DNA of 64,000 nucleotides from a virus. The notes beneath the pieces were generated by a model, which saw only the letters and a program-made list of their open reading frames with translations, made no database searches and was not told the DNA's origin. Position 1 is the stretch's first letter. Each line of letters starts with the position of its first letter. Below, one piece after another: positions 21,509-31,384 of the stretch. The DNA lies in the IMG/VR virus record IMGVR_UViG_3300010883_021048, positions 1 through 64,000 of that record; one strand, 5' to 3'. The position numbers were made by a program, and so were the translations under genes.

Positions 21509-22384
21509 TTAACCGGGACAGTTGGGCGTACTCTTAAACTCACAGAACAAGCAAGAGTTTCTATTTTTTAAGAATATTCCTCTACGAACTGATTTTATCA
21601 TGCTTCTTAGAATAGAAAGAGCGTTTTCTTCAGCCTTTGGACCGACCGACACTTTGACTAGTTCGCATGTATTATCTTTTGGAGCACCGCGCTTTAACAA
21701 AACAAACCCACATTTGACTTGCTTTGTGTCGAGATTATTTTTCTTCATCCAAAAAGACTTGTATAAAGCTATCTGAGCCCATGTTAGGATATCCCTTCGC
21801 TTCGAAGCGTACCACCCTTTATCACCAGCTGTCTTCCAGTCTATCACATAATAGAACTCTTTACCCTTTATCTTTACTTTTAGAAGTGCGTCGATAAAGC
21901 CCTTAAAGAATATGTCATAGCCATCCACAAATTCGTACAGTTGCTCTTCCGCTGATATTACAGACCATTCATCAAACTCGCTGTCAAGAAATGAAGGTAA
22001 CTCATTAAGGGAGTTCGTGGCCCACTCTAGCCATTCATCAATGTAATTATGCTTCTTAGGTCTCCAACCTTGACTAACTCTGTAATCCGCTTGAGATTTT
22101 ATCCATTCTTTAGTATCAAAACCGTGAGTTTCCCACTGTGATTTTATCTGCTCTAAAACAGATGTAGTGTCCATGTCACCTGTTTTAAGAAACTTTTCTA
22201 TGCCATCGTGGAGAGCAGTACCGTAAGAAAGGTATGGGCTTGGCTCATCCTTTACTATCTTGTCTATATACGTCAGCTTATGATGCCACGGACACTCTTT
22301 CCAAACGCGTACTTCAGAATATGACACATGTGGCTTGTTGGTTGGAAACTCTACTTCGCTTATTCTTTTATCTACGTTACTCAT
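21509..22384 (-). CDS. PD-(D/E)xK exonuclease, Cas4/RecB-like with Fe-S cysteines
   Basis: SYSEVRVWKECPW, GTALH, KGFIDAL...VIDWKT, QIALY, and C-terminal CLFCEFKSTPNC. Confidence 0.85.
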   Translation of the reverse strand: MSNVDKRISEVEFPTNKPHVSYSEVRVWKECPWHHKLTYIDKIVKDEPSPYLSYGTALHDGIEKFLKTGDMDTTSVLEQIKSQWETHGFDTKEWIKSQADYRVSQGWRPKKHNYIDEWLEWATNSLNELPSFLDSEFDEWSVISAEEQLYEFVDGYDIFFKGFIDALLKVKIKGKEFYYVIDWKTAGDKGWYASKRRDILTWAQIALYKSFWMKKNNLDTKQVKCGFVLLKRGAPKDNTCELVKVSVGPKAEENALSILRSMIKSVRRGIFLKNRNSCLFCEFKSTPNCPG

Positions 22385-22401
22385 AAATACACCTCAATGC
22401 T

Positions 22402-22430
22402 ATTATATCGCGCATAGAGTGAAAGTACAC
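22402..22430 (-). promoter_or_regulatory. Putative sigma70-type (early) promoter GTGTAC-17-TATAAT
   Basis: Perfect -10 and 17-nt spacer upstream of the GAGGT RBS of the Cas4-like gene; shares TGTAC...CGATATAATA with the site at 35302-35330. Confidence 0.6.
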
Positions 22431-22463
22431 GAGTAGACATGAGGACTTTTGTAACGTTGGTTA

Positions 22464-23432
22464 TTACTTACTTTTGATAAGAGAAAGATCTGATTCGTAC
22501 ATCATCTCTGCAAGTTGATCTAAATCTATTGTCGATTCCCAATCTAGAACTTTCTTTGCCTTTGAAGCATCACCTAATAATAGAGGCACTTCCTGTGGCC
22601 TGAACAATCTTTCATCAATCTTTACGTATTTGTCAACATCAAGATCAGCTATGGCAAAAACCTTATAAAGAAACTCTTTAACAGTGTAAGTCTTACCAGT
22701 TGCTATGACATAATCATCAGGGGTTGGCTGCTGCAACATTAACCACATCGCGTGCACATAGTCACCAGCAAATCCCCAATCTCTTTTTGCATCTAGATTT
22801 CCTAAGCGAAGCTCATTCTGTATACCGAGTTTTATTCTTGCTGCCGCTAGTGTAATCTTTCTCGTGACGAACGTTTCTCCTCTACGAGGTGATTCATGAT
22901 TAAAAAGAATCCCGCTTGAGATATGCATGCCATAAGACTCACGATAGTTTCTACAGATATTATGAGCAAACGCTTTGGCGCATGCGTAAGGACTAGCTGG
23001 CATTAGCAAGGTATCTTCGTTCTGAGGAGCCACTGGATTATCACCAAACATCTCTGATGAGCTAGCCTGGTATATCTTTATGTCTTTATTGACAAATCTA
23101 ACGGCCTCCAGTATTCTTAGGGTGCCCATAGCTATTGTGTCAACAGTCTCTAGAGGAACATCAAATGAAACCCTTACATGAGATTGTGCGGCTAGATTAT
23201 AGAATTCTCGTGGCTCATATTTTTCTAGAAGATAGTATAAAGAACAAGGGTCATGAAGAGAATAATATTCTAGAGAGAACATCGGGTTGTTGTAGATGGC
23301 ATCAACTCGCTCTGTAGATATTATACTTGTTCTCCTCTTTAGCCCAACAACCCTATATCCTTTAGATAATAGAAATTCTGCTAAATACGATCCATCTTGA
23401 CCAGTTACGCCTGTTATCATTGCAGTTTTCAT
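22464..23432 (-). CDS. gmd: GDP-mannose 4,6-dehydratase
   Basis: ITGVTGQDGSYLAE, NLAAQSHVRVSF, YQASSSEMFG, SPYACAK, GILFNHESPRRGETFVTRKI, LGNLDAKRDWG. Confidence 0.97.
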   Translation of the reverse strand: MKTAMITGVTGQDGSYLAEFLLSKGYRVVGLKRRTSIISTERVDAIYNNPMFSLEYYSLHDPCSLYYLLEKYEPREFYNLAAQSHVRVSFDVPLETVDTIAMGTLRILEAVRFVNKDIKIYQASSSEMFGDNPVAPQNEDTLLMPASPYACAKAFAHNICRNYRESYGMHISSGILFNHESPRRGETFVTRKITLAAARIKLGIQNELRLGNLDAKRDWGFAGDYVHAMWLMLQQPTPDDYVIATGKTYTVKEFLYKVFAIADLDVDKYVKIDERLFRPQEVPLLLGDASKAKKVLDWESTIDLDQLAEMMYESDLSLIKSK

Positions 23433-24365
23433 TTAATTAACACCTCTAACGTTTGGATATTCATTCTTGAACCATTCGCATGTCTTTGCTATACCTTCTT
23501 CTAGAGAAGTATATGAGTTATCATCCCATCCTATATCAAACAATCTTTCGCTACTGCTGGGCTTACGAAATTGTCCTGTTGGCTTTGATACGTCCCAAGC
23601 TACTTCGCCAGTGTACTCAAGACAATCACAAACAATCTGCACGACGTCTTTTATACTACATTCATTGGTCAAACCTATATTAATTGGTAGCGCCTCATTA
23701 TAATTTTCCAGCATAAAGATAAGAATTTGAGCTATGTCTTCAGAGTAAGTAAATTCCCTAAGCGCGGCGCCTGTGCCCCAAAATGAAGGTACAGTATTAT
23801 TTATCTTAGATTCCCAAATTTTACGTATAATCGCTGGAATAACATGACCTGTTTCAATACTAAAGTTGTCTTTTGGGCCGTATAGGTTATTTGGTATCGC
23901 ACAAATAAAATTACATCCGTACTGTTCCCTTAACGTGCGAGACTGGACGTCTAGCATTCTTTTTGCATATGCGTACCCGAAATTACTTTTATGTGGTGGG
24001 CCAAGATGCATCTGGTCTTCAGTCAAAGGGTACGTCGCAGAGTCAGGATATACACAGGTTGATAAAAGCGATAAGACTTTCTTGACACCACACTTACGCG
24101 ATGCATCAAGAACGTTTGTATTCATTCTTATGTTTTCAGAATAAAAATCTGCGACGAAATCGCTATTACCTTTTACTCCGCCTACCCTTGCCGCAAGATG
24201 GATTACTGCATCTGGACGTGTACATGTCAACATCTCTACAGTGGTGTGATAATCTGTTAAGTCGTACTGTCCAGATCCAACTAGAGTAAAAGTATGATCG
24301 GTTCTTTTTATATTATCAAATGTAGACCCCAGCATCCCAGTACCGCCTGTTACCAATATTCTCAT
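23433..24365 (-). CDS. fcl: GDP-L-fucose synthase / GDP-colitose synthase (Fcl/ColC epimerase-reductase)
   Basis: VTGGTGMLG, HLAARVGGV, LSTCVYP, YAYAKR, PNNLYGPKDNF, HVIPA, WGTGAALREF. Confidence 0.9.
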   Translation of the reverse strand: MRILVTGGTGMLGSTFDNIKRTDHTFTLVGSGQYDLTDYHTTVEMLTCTRPDAVIHLAARVGGVKGNSDFVADFYSENIRMNTNVLDASRKCGVKKVLSLLSTCVYPDSATYPLTEDQMHLGPPHKSNFGYAYAKRMLDVQSRTLREQYGCNFICAIPNNLYGPKDNFSIETGHVIPAIIRKIWESKINNTVPSFWGTGAALREFTYSEDIAQILIFMLENYNEALPINIGLTNECSIKDVVQIVCDCLEYTGEVAWDVSKPTGQFRKPSSSERLFDIGWDDNSYTSLEEGIAKTCEWFKNEYPNVRGVN

Positions 24366-24366
24366 A

Positions 24367-25524
24367 TTATTCCCCTATGACCGTGTTAACGATGTCACAG
24401 ATGAGCTTTATAGACTTCTCAGTAAGACCTGGATGATTTGGGACATACATACCAGATTTATCTACAATTTCAGCATTATCTAAAATGCATTTGCCGTATT
24501 CCTTTATATAGAAAGGCTGGACGCCCATGGATCTACAAAGCATTGGTCGCACTTCTACTTTGTGAGCGATAAGCTTTTTAGCGATTTCGTCTCTCTTTGG
24601 ATGTATTATGGGATAAGCAAAGTTTGAGATAAAAGAGTTTTCGCGGTACTGTGGCTTCCAATAAGAGTTTTTGATATTATCTTGGTAGATAGAAAAGTTT
24701 CTTTCGCGGAGGGCATTGACTTTATCTGCTTTATCAAGCTGGCCAATACCGATAAATGCTTGTAGATCAGTGGACCTCACATTAAAGCCGTGCATGTAGA
24801 ATGTATATAACGAATCAAATTCGCTAACGTCCCACTCTTTACGTAACTCTAGTTTCTTTTTGTCAGATAAATCACGATCCCAACCGTGGTTTCGAATACA
24901 GCGCGCTGCTTGAGCAACTTCTGGATCACTCGTACAAATAACACCACCCTCGATAGTTGATAGATGATGACCAAAATACGTCGAGAATGTTGACATTAGA
25001 CCGAACGTCCCCATTTTATTTTCTGTGTATCTTGATCCGAAAGACTCACATGTGTCTTCTAATAGAATAACATCATTGGCTTTACAGATATCTAACAACC
25101 GAGACATGTCTGGTACTAGACCAAGAACTGAAACAAACATAACAGCAGATATATCATGAGTGCTGCAAAGCTCTTCAAAGTGATCTAGACTTATAGACAA
25201 ATCTTCTAGGTTACAGTCACATAATATAGGATTAAAGCCAAGCTGCACGACGGGAGATAAGTCGGTAGCCCAAGCTAAAGCGGGAACAATGATGTTCGAT
25301 CCTCTTTTAACTTTACCAGTTTCCAAGAGCACCTGAAGCATTACAAGATTTGCAGAAGATCCAGAGTTTACAAAGATAGCTTCTTTCGTTCCAGTATACT
25401 CTGCCCACTTCTTTTCGAACTCTACGGTTAACGGGCCCTTAGTCAAGCGAGGGTAAGTTTTTAACCACTGTATGAGATCATCAATATCGCTGTTATTGAT
25501 TGTGTCTTCTACTAAATTTATCAT
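24367..25524 (-). CDS. colD: PLP-dependent DegT-fold enzyme of the ColD type (GDP-4-keto-6-deoxymannose 3-dehydratase)
   Basis: VNSGSSANL and LLEDTCES. TFSTYFGHHLSTIEGG has His in place of the Schiff-base Lys, as in ColD (SHHIATMEGG). Also RNHGWDR and GFNVRSTD; adjacent to fcl and gmd. Confidence 0.8.
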   Translation of the reverse strand: MINLVEDTINNSDIDDLIQWLKTYPRLTKGPLTVEFEKKWAEYTGTKEAIFVNSGSSANLVMLQVLLETGKVKRGSNIIVPALAWATDLSPVVQLGFNPILCDCNLEDLSISLDHFEELCSTHDISAVMFVSVLGLVPDMSRLLDICKANDVILLEDTCESFGSRYTENKMGTFGLMSTFSTYFGHHLSTIEGGVICTSDPEVAQAARCIRNHGWDRDLSDKKKLELRKEWDVSEFDSLYTFYMHGFNVRSTDLQAFIGIGQLDKADKVNALRERNFSIYQDNIKNSYWKPQYRENSFISNFAYPIIHPKRDEIAKKLIAHKVEVRPMLCRSMGVQPFYIKEYGKCILDNAEIVDKSGMYVPNHPGLTEKSIKLICDIVNTVIGE

Positions 25525-27494
25525 GTGATATCCTCGCTAGCGGTCCGGAAGAACTTGCCACCTTTTCGGCCATACCATACAACTTCACGTGAGAATAGCT
25601 TTTTATCATCGTAAATCTTGGAAGAATCAACTGTGATAGTCGATTGACATTCTACAAGATTCGCCAGCTGTCCAGATCTAGCTTCCTCAAAAAATTGGTG
25701 AATATTGTGAGAAGTGGTAAAGCTTGTAGAAGATGGAGGTTTAAAACTAACTACTCTCATTTTTTGATATGTTATAATATCCGATATTAGCTTTTCGTCA
25801 TCTTTATAGAAGGTATATTCATTCATAATGTGAGACTTAATTTCTTCATAAAATGTGTCAAGATTTTCAGAGACACGTAGATAAGAGGCTTCTTCAGGAG
25901 GCCAGGAGATATCTTCGAACCCAGGAACATACTGGTCATAGCCGCCCCCTGTAAAGACTCCGTCAATTAAATTGTCAACGTAACATAGCTCTTTTCCCAG
26001 TGTTGTATCTGGGTTATCTTCGCCATATTTCACTATGGCTTTATAGAAGTCGCAATATTTTACTCCGAAATGATATCGAAAAACAATGGCAACAATCTGG
26101 AGCAACCCTAACAAGTGCATACTTTGGATAGCCCACGCAAACTTGTATGTCTCTTTGTAAGAGTCTCTGTTCATTGTATTCGTACCAATAACGATGGTCT
26201 CAGTTTCAGTGACTTCTTCGTCATCTTTTTTGTCAGAGTGTGCTTGAAAGATAGGAATTTTAATAAGATCTAGACCGTGTTCTTTTTGATACTTTTCTTC
26301 TCCCATCTCAGCATTAGGCATTATAGAACAATTGTACATTACAATACCTGAGTGTTGCGAGTTGTCTAACAGCGTGTCAACACCTTCAACAAAAGACTCA
26401 TAGGTTTCCCCAGGAAGTGGTAGTATAAGCTCTGTGTAGGTAACAAGACCATTGGCTACGTACTTCTTTTGTAAGTCATTAAAGAATTTCATTTTGATAT
26501 TTTTTCTCTTAATGCTTTCTAATGTTGTTTCATTAAGCGACTGCATGCTGATGCTTACGCCTTTATTCATTCCGGCATCGGAGAATATTCTTGCTAGCTC
26601 AAACACTTTATCAGTGGAGTTCTTTGTGAAGCAAACTCTGAACTGATTTGGGTATCCTGTCTCTTTCTTTTTCTCGGCTAGTCTTAACGCGTAGTCTTTG
26701 TCTCTCGGGAATATCCCGAAGTTAGCGTCTGCTCCGAAAATAAGGTCAACTTCTTTTGATGAAAAATAATCAATCTCTGCCAAGAGCCTCTCATCGCTAA
26801 ATTTTCTAACTTTTGTCGCGACGGCAGAACCCCAATCACAAAATGTGCACTTAAATGGGCACCCACGGTTTGTTTCCCATGTTACCATCCACGAGTAATC
26901 TTTCGTCTGTAACAACCCATCGAATACACCAGTTAGATAGGGCGAAGGGATAGTGTTTAAGTCTTTTATTCTATCTCTACTCTCTCCTCTAGTACATTTG
27001 CTAGAAGACCTGTCGTGAAATGTGGTTCCAGCTATGGCAGATAAAGCTGAACGATCGTCTGGATCAAACTTCTTTAATATTTCTAAAAATGTTACTTCGC
27101 CCTCACCGTGAACTGTCATGTCAACAAAATTATTTTCTTTAAAAAATCCTTTTAGCTGGTTTGGAACTTGAGGCCCCCCGAATACTATTAGACAGTTAGG
27201 ATTTTTTTCCCTTACTTTCTCTGCCAATTTTAGACTTAAGGTCCAGTTCCAGACGTAGCAAGAAACGCCGAGGACATCGGCATCGCCGATCTTTTTAACC
27301 ATATCATCGAGCTTTTCGCGGATGAAGACGAAGTTGTTGAATAAAAAGTTGTCGTTTACATACGGGTCACTTTGTACGTATGACTGTAGCACACCGGCGC
27401 TGTATGGTAAATAAACTTGTGAGCCATACTTGTTATTCAGTTGTACCAGCTGTACTTTTGATCTTCTAGGCTTTTCTGTTGCTATATCAGACAA
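25521..27494 (-). CDS. B12-binding radical SAM enzyme (paralog 1)
   Basis: N-terminal cobalamin-binding domain (VYLPYSAG, GVSCYVWN, VFGGPQV, HGEGEVTF); ETNRGCPFKCTFCDW (CxxxCxxC); DANFG; ELILPLPGET. Confidence 0.92.
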   Translation of the reverse strand: MSDIATEKPRRSKVQLVQLNNKYGSQVYLPYSAGVLQSYVQSDPYVNDNFLFNNFVFIREKLDDMVKKIGDADVLGVSCYVWNWTLSLKLAEKVREKNPNCLIVFGGPQVPNQLKGFFKENNFVDMTVHGEGEVTFLEILKKFDPDDRSALSAIAGTTFHDRSSSKCTRGESRDRIKDLNTIPSPYLTGVFDGLLQTKDYSWMVTWETNRGCPFKCTFCDWGSAVATKVRKFSDERLLAEIDYFSSKEVDLIFGADANFGIFPRDKDYALRLAEKKKETGYPNQFRVCFTKNSTDKVFELARIFSDAGMNKGVSISMQSLNETTLESIKRKNIKMKFFNDLQKKYVANGLVTYTELILPLPGETYESFVEGVDTLLDNSQHSGIVMYNCSIMPNAEMGEEKYQKEHGLDLIKIPIFQAHSDKKDDEEVTETETIVIGTNTMNRDSYKETYKFAWAIQSMHLLGLLQIVAIVFRYHFGVKYCDFYKAIVKYGEDNPDTTLGKELCYVDNLIDGVFTGGGYDQYVPGFEDISWPPEEASYLRVSENLDTFYEEIKSHIMNEYTFYKDDEKLISDIITYQKMRVVSFKPPSSTSFTTSHNIHQFFEEARSGQLANLVECQSTITVDSSKIYDDKKLFSREVVWYGRKGGKFFRTASEDIT

Positions 27495-28524
27495 TTGCTA
27501 TCCCTTCTAGTGGAGGCGCAGTTATTTTAAAAAGACATCTTTCAGAATAAACTTCTAAAATATTTTTCCAATACTCTTCGACATTCTTTCTATTAAGATA
27601 ATTTTCGATAAAATCTATACCCCTAAGAGATAAATCGTTAGCTTCTTCAGGATGACTTTCAAAGTACTTTATTATGTCTAACAGCTCATCCGCGCTTTCG
27701 CAGTATTGTATTAATCCGCTGGCTTCGGTGGAGTGCTGCCAAAACTCTTTCTTATGTCCTTTGTCACTCAGATATATTACTATACTTCCAGTGGCCAACA
27801 TGTACATCGATCTAATGGTTCCAGATCTTACATCGGTATTACGAGGGTAACCATCAGTGACTAATTGGTATCTACACTTTCCTAACAGCTCTATAGGGTT
27901 CTGATACTCTCTTCCAGTCTTGAATAATGGGTTTGTGCTTCTTTCGTGTACCAAAAATTCTGAGCTCTCCACTATCTTAACCTTAATATCATCAAAAAGA
28001 ATTTTTCGATAAGGATAAATCGATCCCTTAAAGATCAAAGCGTTTTCTTTTTCTTTAAATGGCATAGTTCTTTCTCTAGAAAACTTTACGATTCTGTCCA
28101 TATCATTTTGATATTCTACTTTTTTGCTATTTTCACCATTTATTCCAGAGAAATATCCGTTAAAAAATGGAGTGGGAGCCAGTATTCTTCTTTTAACACC
28201 CCCAAACTTATCATCATCAAACATAACAAAGACAGCAGAATCCGATCCTACATCACTTTCTATTACAGTATCCATTGTGTAATATTTTAGTTCTGTATTC
28301 GGTAGGACGTAACCTGAATCTCTTAGCGCTGACAGCTGATCTAAGATATCACCATGGCGATCTTCATTAGTCAGGCCATTCATTACGTATATGACATTAT
28401 CAAATATTCTTATGTGCAGAGCTTGAGCGGGATTTCGGGTTGCGGAGATCTCTTCATAGCTAATGTTATGTGGAACAATCTTTTCCGCTAGTTCTCTTAG
28501 GGATACTGTAAGATCATTATTCAT
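27487..28524 (-). CDS. Glycosyltransferase family 90 (CAP10/POGLUT-like), divergent
   Basis: KENALIFKGS, CRYQLVTDG, YMLATGSIVI, and the C-terminal YFESHPEEANDLSLRGIDFIENYL...YWKNILEVYS resemble the GT90 C-terminal half. Confidence 0.6.
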   Translation of the reverse strand: MNNDLTVSLRELAEKIVPHNISYEEISATRNPAQALHIRIFDNVIYVMNGLTNEDRHGDILDQLSALRDSGYVLPNTELKYYTMDTVIESDVGSDSAVFVMFDDDKFGGVKRRILAPTPFFNGYFSGINGENSKKVEYQNDMDRIVKFSRERTMPFKEKENALIFKGSIYPYRKILFDDIKVKIVESSEFLVHERSTNPLFKTGREYQNPIELLGKCRYQLVTDGYPRNTDVRSGTIRSMYMLATGSIVIYLSDKGHKKEFWQHSTEASGLIQYCESADELLDIIKYFESHPEEANDLSLRGIDFIENYLNRKNVEEYWKNILEVYSERCLFKITAPPLEGIAIV

Positions 28525-29381
28525 AGTTCAATCATACCAAAATAATTTCTGATCAATTCTTTCGTTCGGCCCTTATATTCTTCAGAAGGATCCCTTCTGG
28601 ACACATCACAATGAAGGAATGTGACGGCACACCAATTAGATTCAAAAGGATTTCTGCCATACAACATATCGTCGTGTAGCATTAAAGGCATATTTTCGTC
28701 GCCCATAGAACAATGGTTTAGCGCACCATTAAAGATAACAACATCGGCGCTGCAATTTTTTAATGCGGCGGCTAGAAAAAGTTCATCTGTTATGGATCGG
28801 ACATAGTCTTTAGACCCGTAATATTCCTCGTAGTATTCCAGTACTTTTGTCATTACGAGTTGATTTTTTTCGTTATTACAAAATATAAACACGCCGCCGG
28901 CGTAAAAGTTATCTAGGTTTTCTAAACCAAGCATTGTCTTTGCTTGATGAAATTCCTGTATCGTCTGAGGCGTACATGCTCTTTGTTCGTATATCTCTAT
29001 GTTCGGTACCCAGAAGTGTCGGGTAACACCGAAACCATCGCCGACCTTATCACACGCTTGAGTTATGTTATTATTAGCCATCGCGGTGTCGCTATCAACG
29101 TACACACCATATTTTGTCTTTATATGCTGAGCCCCGATATACTTGTGCTTCCAGATTAAGTACCCAACTTTTTTTCCAGAATTAAAATCTATGGCATCAG
29201 GAAGATTAATAACTTCATACTCTTCATTTGATGACAGCTTATTCCCAAACTCAAGCACTAAAAAATTATAGTCACTAGATTTTGACTTTACGCTGCTGAT
29301 GGACTTCTTCATATTTTCATAATGAACGTCATAACCACCAACAGTGTATATAAATGTTATTTCATTCTCTCTTGTTGTCAT
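28521..29381 (-). CDS. GT-A glycosyltransferase (GT8-like)
   Basis: YVDSDT (DxD), FYAGGVF, TDELFL, TFLH. Confidence 0.65.
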   Translation of the reverse strand: MTTRENEITFIYTVGGYDVHYENMKKSISSVKSKSSDYNFLVLEFGNKLSSNEEYEVINLPDAIDFNSGKKVGYLIWKHKYIGAQHIKTKYGVYVDSDTAMANNNITQACDKVGDGFGVTRHFWVPNIEIYEQRACTPQTIQEFHQAKTMLGLENLDNFYAGGVFIFCNNEKNQLVMTKVLEYYEEYYGSKDYVRSITDELFLAAALKNCSADVVIFNGALNHCSMGDENMPLMLHDDMLYGRNPFESNWCAVTFLHCDVSRRDPSEEYKGRTKELIRNYFGMIEL

Positions 29382-31384
29382 AAAGGATCCTCGCTTTTAA
29401 CAGGCACTACTTCTTGAACTATAGATTTGTATCCACCTGTTCTCCTGCTATGCCATAAGACTTTCTTTGCCCACTCATAATTTTCCTGTATTCCAGAGCC
29501 TATAAACTCAATATCATTTTGTTCTTTTTTCAAAGCTGCCTTTTGCTCTATAACATTATGAATATTATATCCAAAAGATCTTGATTGAACACGCTCTCTA
29601 GGGTGGTTTAGTCTTGCATGCTGGTACATTAGGAGTTCTTGTAATACCTCTTCTTCTAGAGATATCTTAAGATGGTTTATCAGAAAGTTTGTAATATCTT
29701 TTTCAAAGCTTTCATAATCTAACGCAACTTTTATCGCGGTGGACTCATCGACACTCCAATTTATCTCAGAGACCTCAGGAACTACAATTCCCCAATGACG
29801 GTCATTTTGTAATATACTTTTCATATTATGCAAAATCAAGTGGTGCTCATCAGAAAGAAAAGACCCCTTGTCTTTATTTACATTGACATATTCAAGGAGT
29901 GAAGTGTAGAACTGCTTGTATGTAATACCTAAGTGGTTTCTAAGAAATCTAGATATAAATTGTGTGGGACCTAAGTAGTGTCCAAATATTACAAGCCATC
30001 TAAATTGGTGACCTTCAAGCCATTGTTCATGAGTAAACGTGTCTGTTTTAGTAACAAATTTAGATGTGTCTTCGCTCAACTTTCCGTCAATATGACGATG
30101 ATGAAAGCGTGGCTGTGTAACAGAGACTTCTATTCCGTATTTATTTATAAATTCCGGGCGACTGAATGGCGTATTAACAAGCGCAGTCATCAAATGGATA
30201 TCAAGGTAGTTGTGATAATCTAACTCTATGATTTTACATACACCATCGACAAATGTCTCGACTGTCTCTTCGGGAAGTCCCCATATGAGTTCAACGTAAC
30301 TTGATATATTTTTGCTTTCGTACATCTCGACAAACTCTTTTAGCTTCCCGCCGTCGACATTCTTTCTTTTAACAGCTTTTAAGACATCAGCATTCATCGA
30401 CTGTAGCGCGATGGTCATTCCCTTCTGGCAGCCGGCGTCTTCTAAAACTTTCGCAATTTCTAGTACTCTATCAGCTTGCCCTTTTACCCACGTAACTCTA
30501 AAAGCATGAGGGTAGCCAGTCTCTTCCTTCTTACTCTTAACGTACAAGGAGAGATCCATATCTAAATCATAATACATACCATAATTTGAATTTGCATCAG
30601 TAATATACTCTATCTTATTCTCTGTTATCCAGTCAATTTCTTGCTTGATCTTGTCGTAATTTTTGTATACTTTAGTGTAGTACTTTTCACCAATTTCACA
30701 AAATGCACATTGAAACGGGCACCCTCTAGCAGACTCAACAATAGCGCTGTATTCTAGACCTGAATCATTTTCTGATACAAGCTTATCATAGAAACCATTA
30801 AGATAAGGACTTTCATAGCTCTTTATGTCTTTTAGTCGGCTTCGTGGAATTTGCGGATGCTGTACTTTTCCATCGAAAAAAGTTATTCCAGCTATAGACT
30901 TATAGTCGGGATTTTGTGCTAACTTTTGTTCTAGTATCTCTACGAATGTAACTTCGCCCTCACCGTGAACCAAGATATCAACATAAGGATGATCCTCGAA
31001 AAAATTGCCTACTCTATCTGCTAGAGGTTGCTGCTGACCACCAAAAACTATTAAGCAGCCAGGATATTTTTCTTTTATACCTTTTGCTATCTTAAGATTA
31101 ATGTTCCAGTTCCATATAAAGCAAGAAAAACCTATAACGTCAGGCTCATGTATTTCTGATACTATCTCTTCATGTGGTTGACGATAGTAGAACCATTTCT
31201 TTAATTCATAGTTATCGGCAACTGCTTGATTTGCAAAAGCGTAAGAAGCCACGACACCTGTTGAGTATGGCAAATATACTTGGTTCGCAAATACGTCAGA
31301 CAACTCAAGCAGATACATATTTTTTTTCATGGTAGATATTTCTTTCCCATGAAGGAAGCTGTCATTAACTTCTTCTTTAGCCAC
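29378..31384 (-). CDS. B12-binding radical SAM enzyme (paralog 2)
   Basis: VYLPYSTG, GFSCFIWN, HGEGEVTF, ESARGCPFQCAFCEIG, DANSNYG, ELIWGLPEET. Confidence 0.92.
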   Translation of the reverse strand: MAKEEVNDSFLHGKEISTMKKNMYLLELSDVFANQVYLPYSTGVVASYAFANQAVADNYELKKWFYYRQPHEEIVSEIHEPDVIGFSCFIWNWNINLKIAKGIKEKYPGCLIVFGGQQQPLADRVGNFFEDHPYVDILVHGEGEVTFVEILEQKLAQNPDYKSIAGITFFDGKVQHPQIPRSRLKDIKSYESPYLNGFYDKLVSENDSGLEYSAIVESARGCPFQCAFCEIGEKYYTKVYKNYDKIKQEIDWITENKIEYITDANSNYGMYYDLDMDLSLYVKSKKEETGYPHAFRVTWVKGQADRVLEIAKVLEDAGCQKGMTIALQSMNADVLKAVKRKNVDGGKLKEFVEMYESKNISSYVELIWGLPEETVETFVDGVCKIIELDYHNYLDIHLMTALVNTPFSRPEFINKYGIEVSVTQPRFHHRHIDGKLSEDTSKFVTKTDTFTHEQWLEGHQFRWLVIFGHYLGPTQFISRFLRNHLGITYKQFYTSLLEYVNVNKDKGSFLSDEHHLILHNMKSILQNDRHWGIVVPEVSEINWSVDESTAIKVALDYESFEKDITNFLINHLKISLEEEVLQELLMYQHARLNHPRERVQSRSFGYNIHNVIEQKAALKKEQNDIEFIGSGIQENYEWAKKVLWHSRRTGGYKSIVQEVVPVKSEDPL

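Noticed and set aside
24367-25524. Perosamine synthase / DegT aminotransferase
   Set aside because: The catalytic Lys position is His (GHHLSTIEGG), which indicates a dehydratase.
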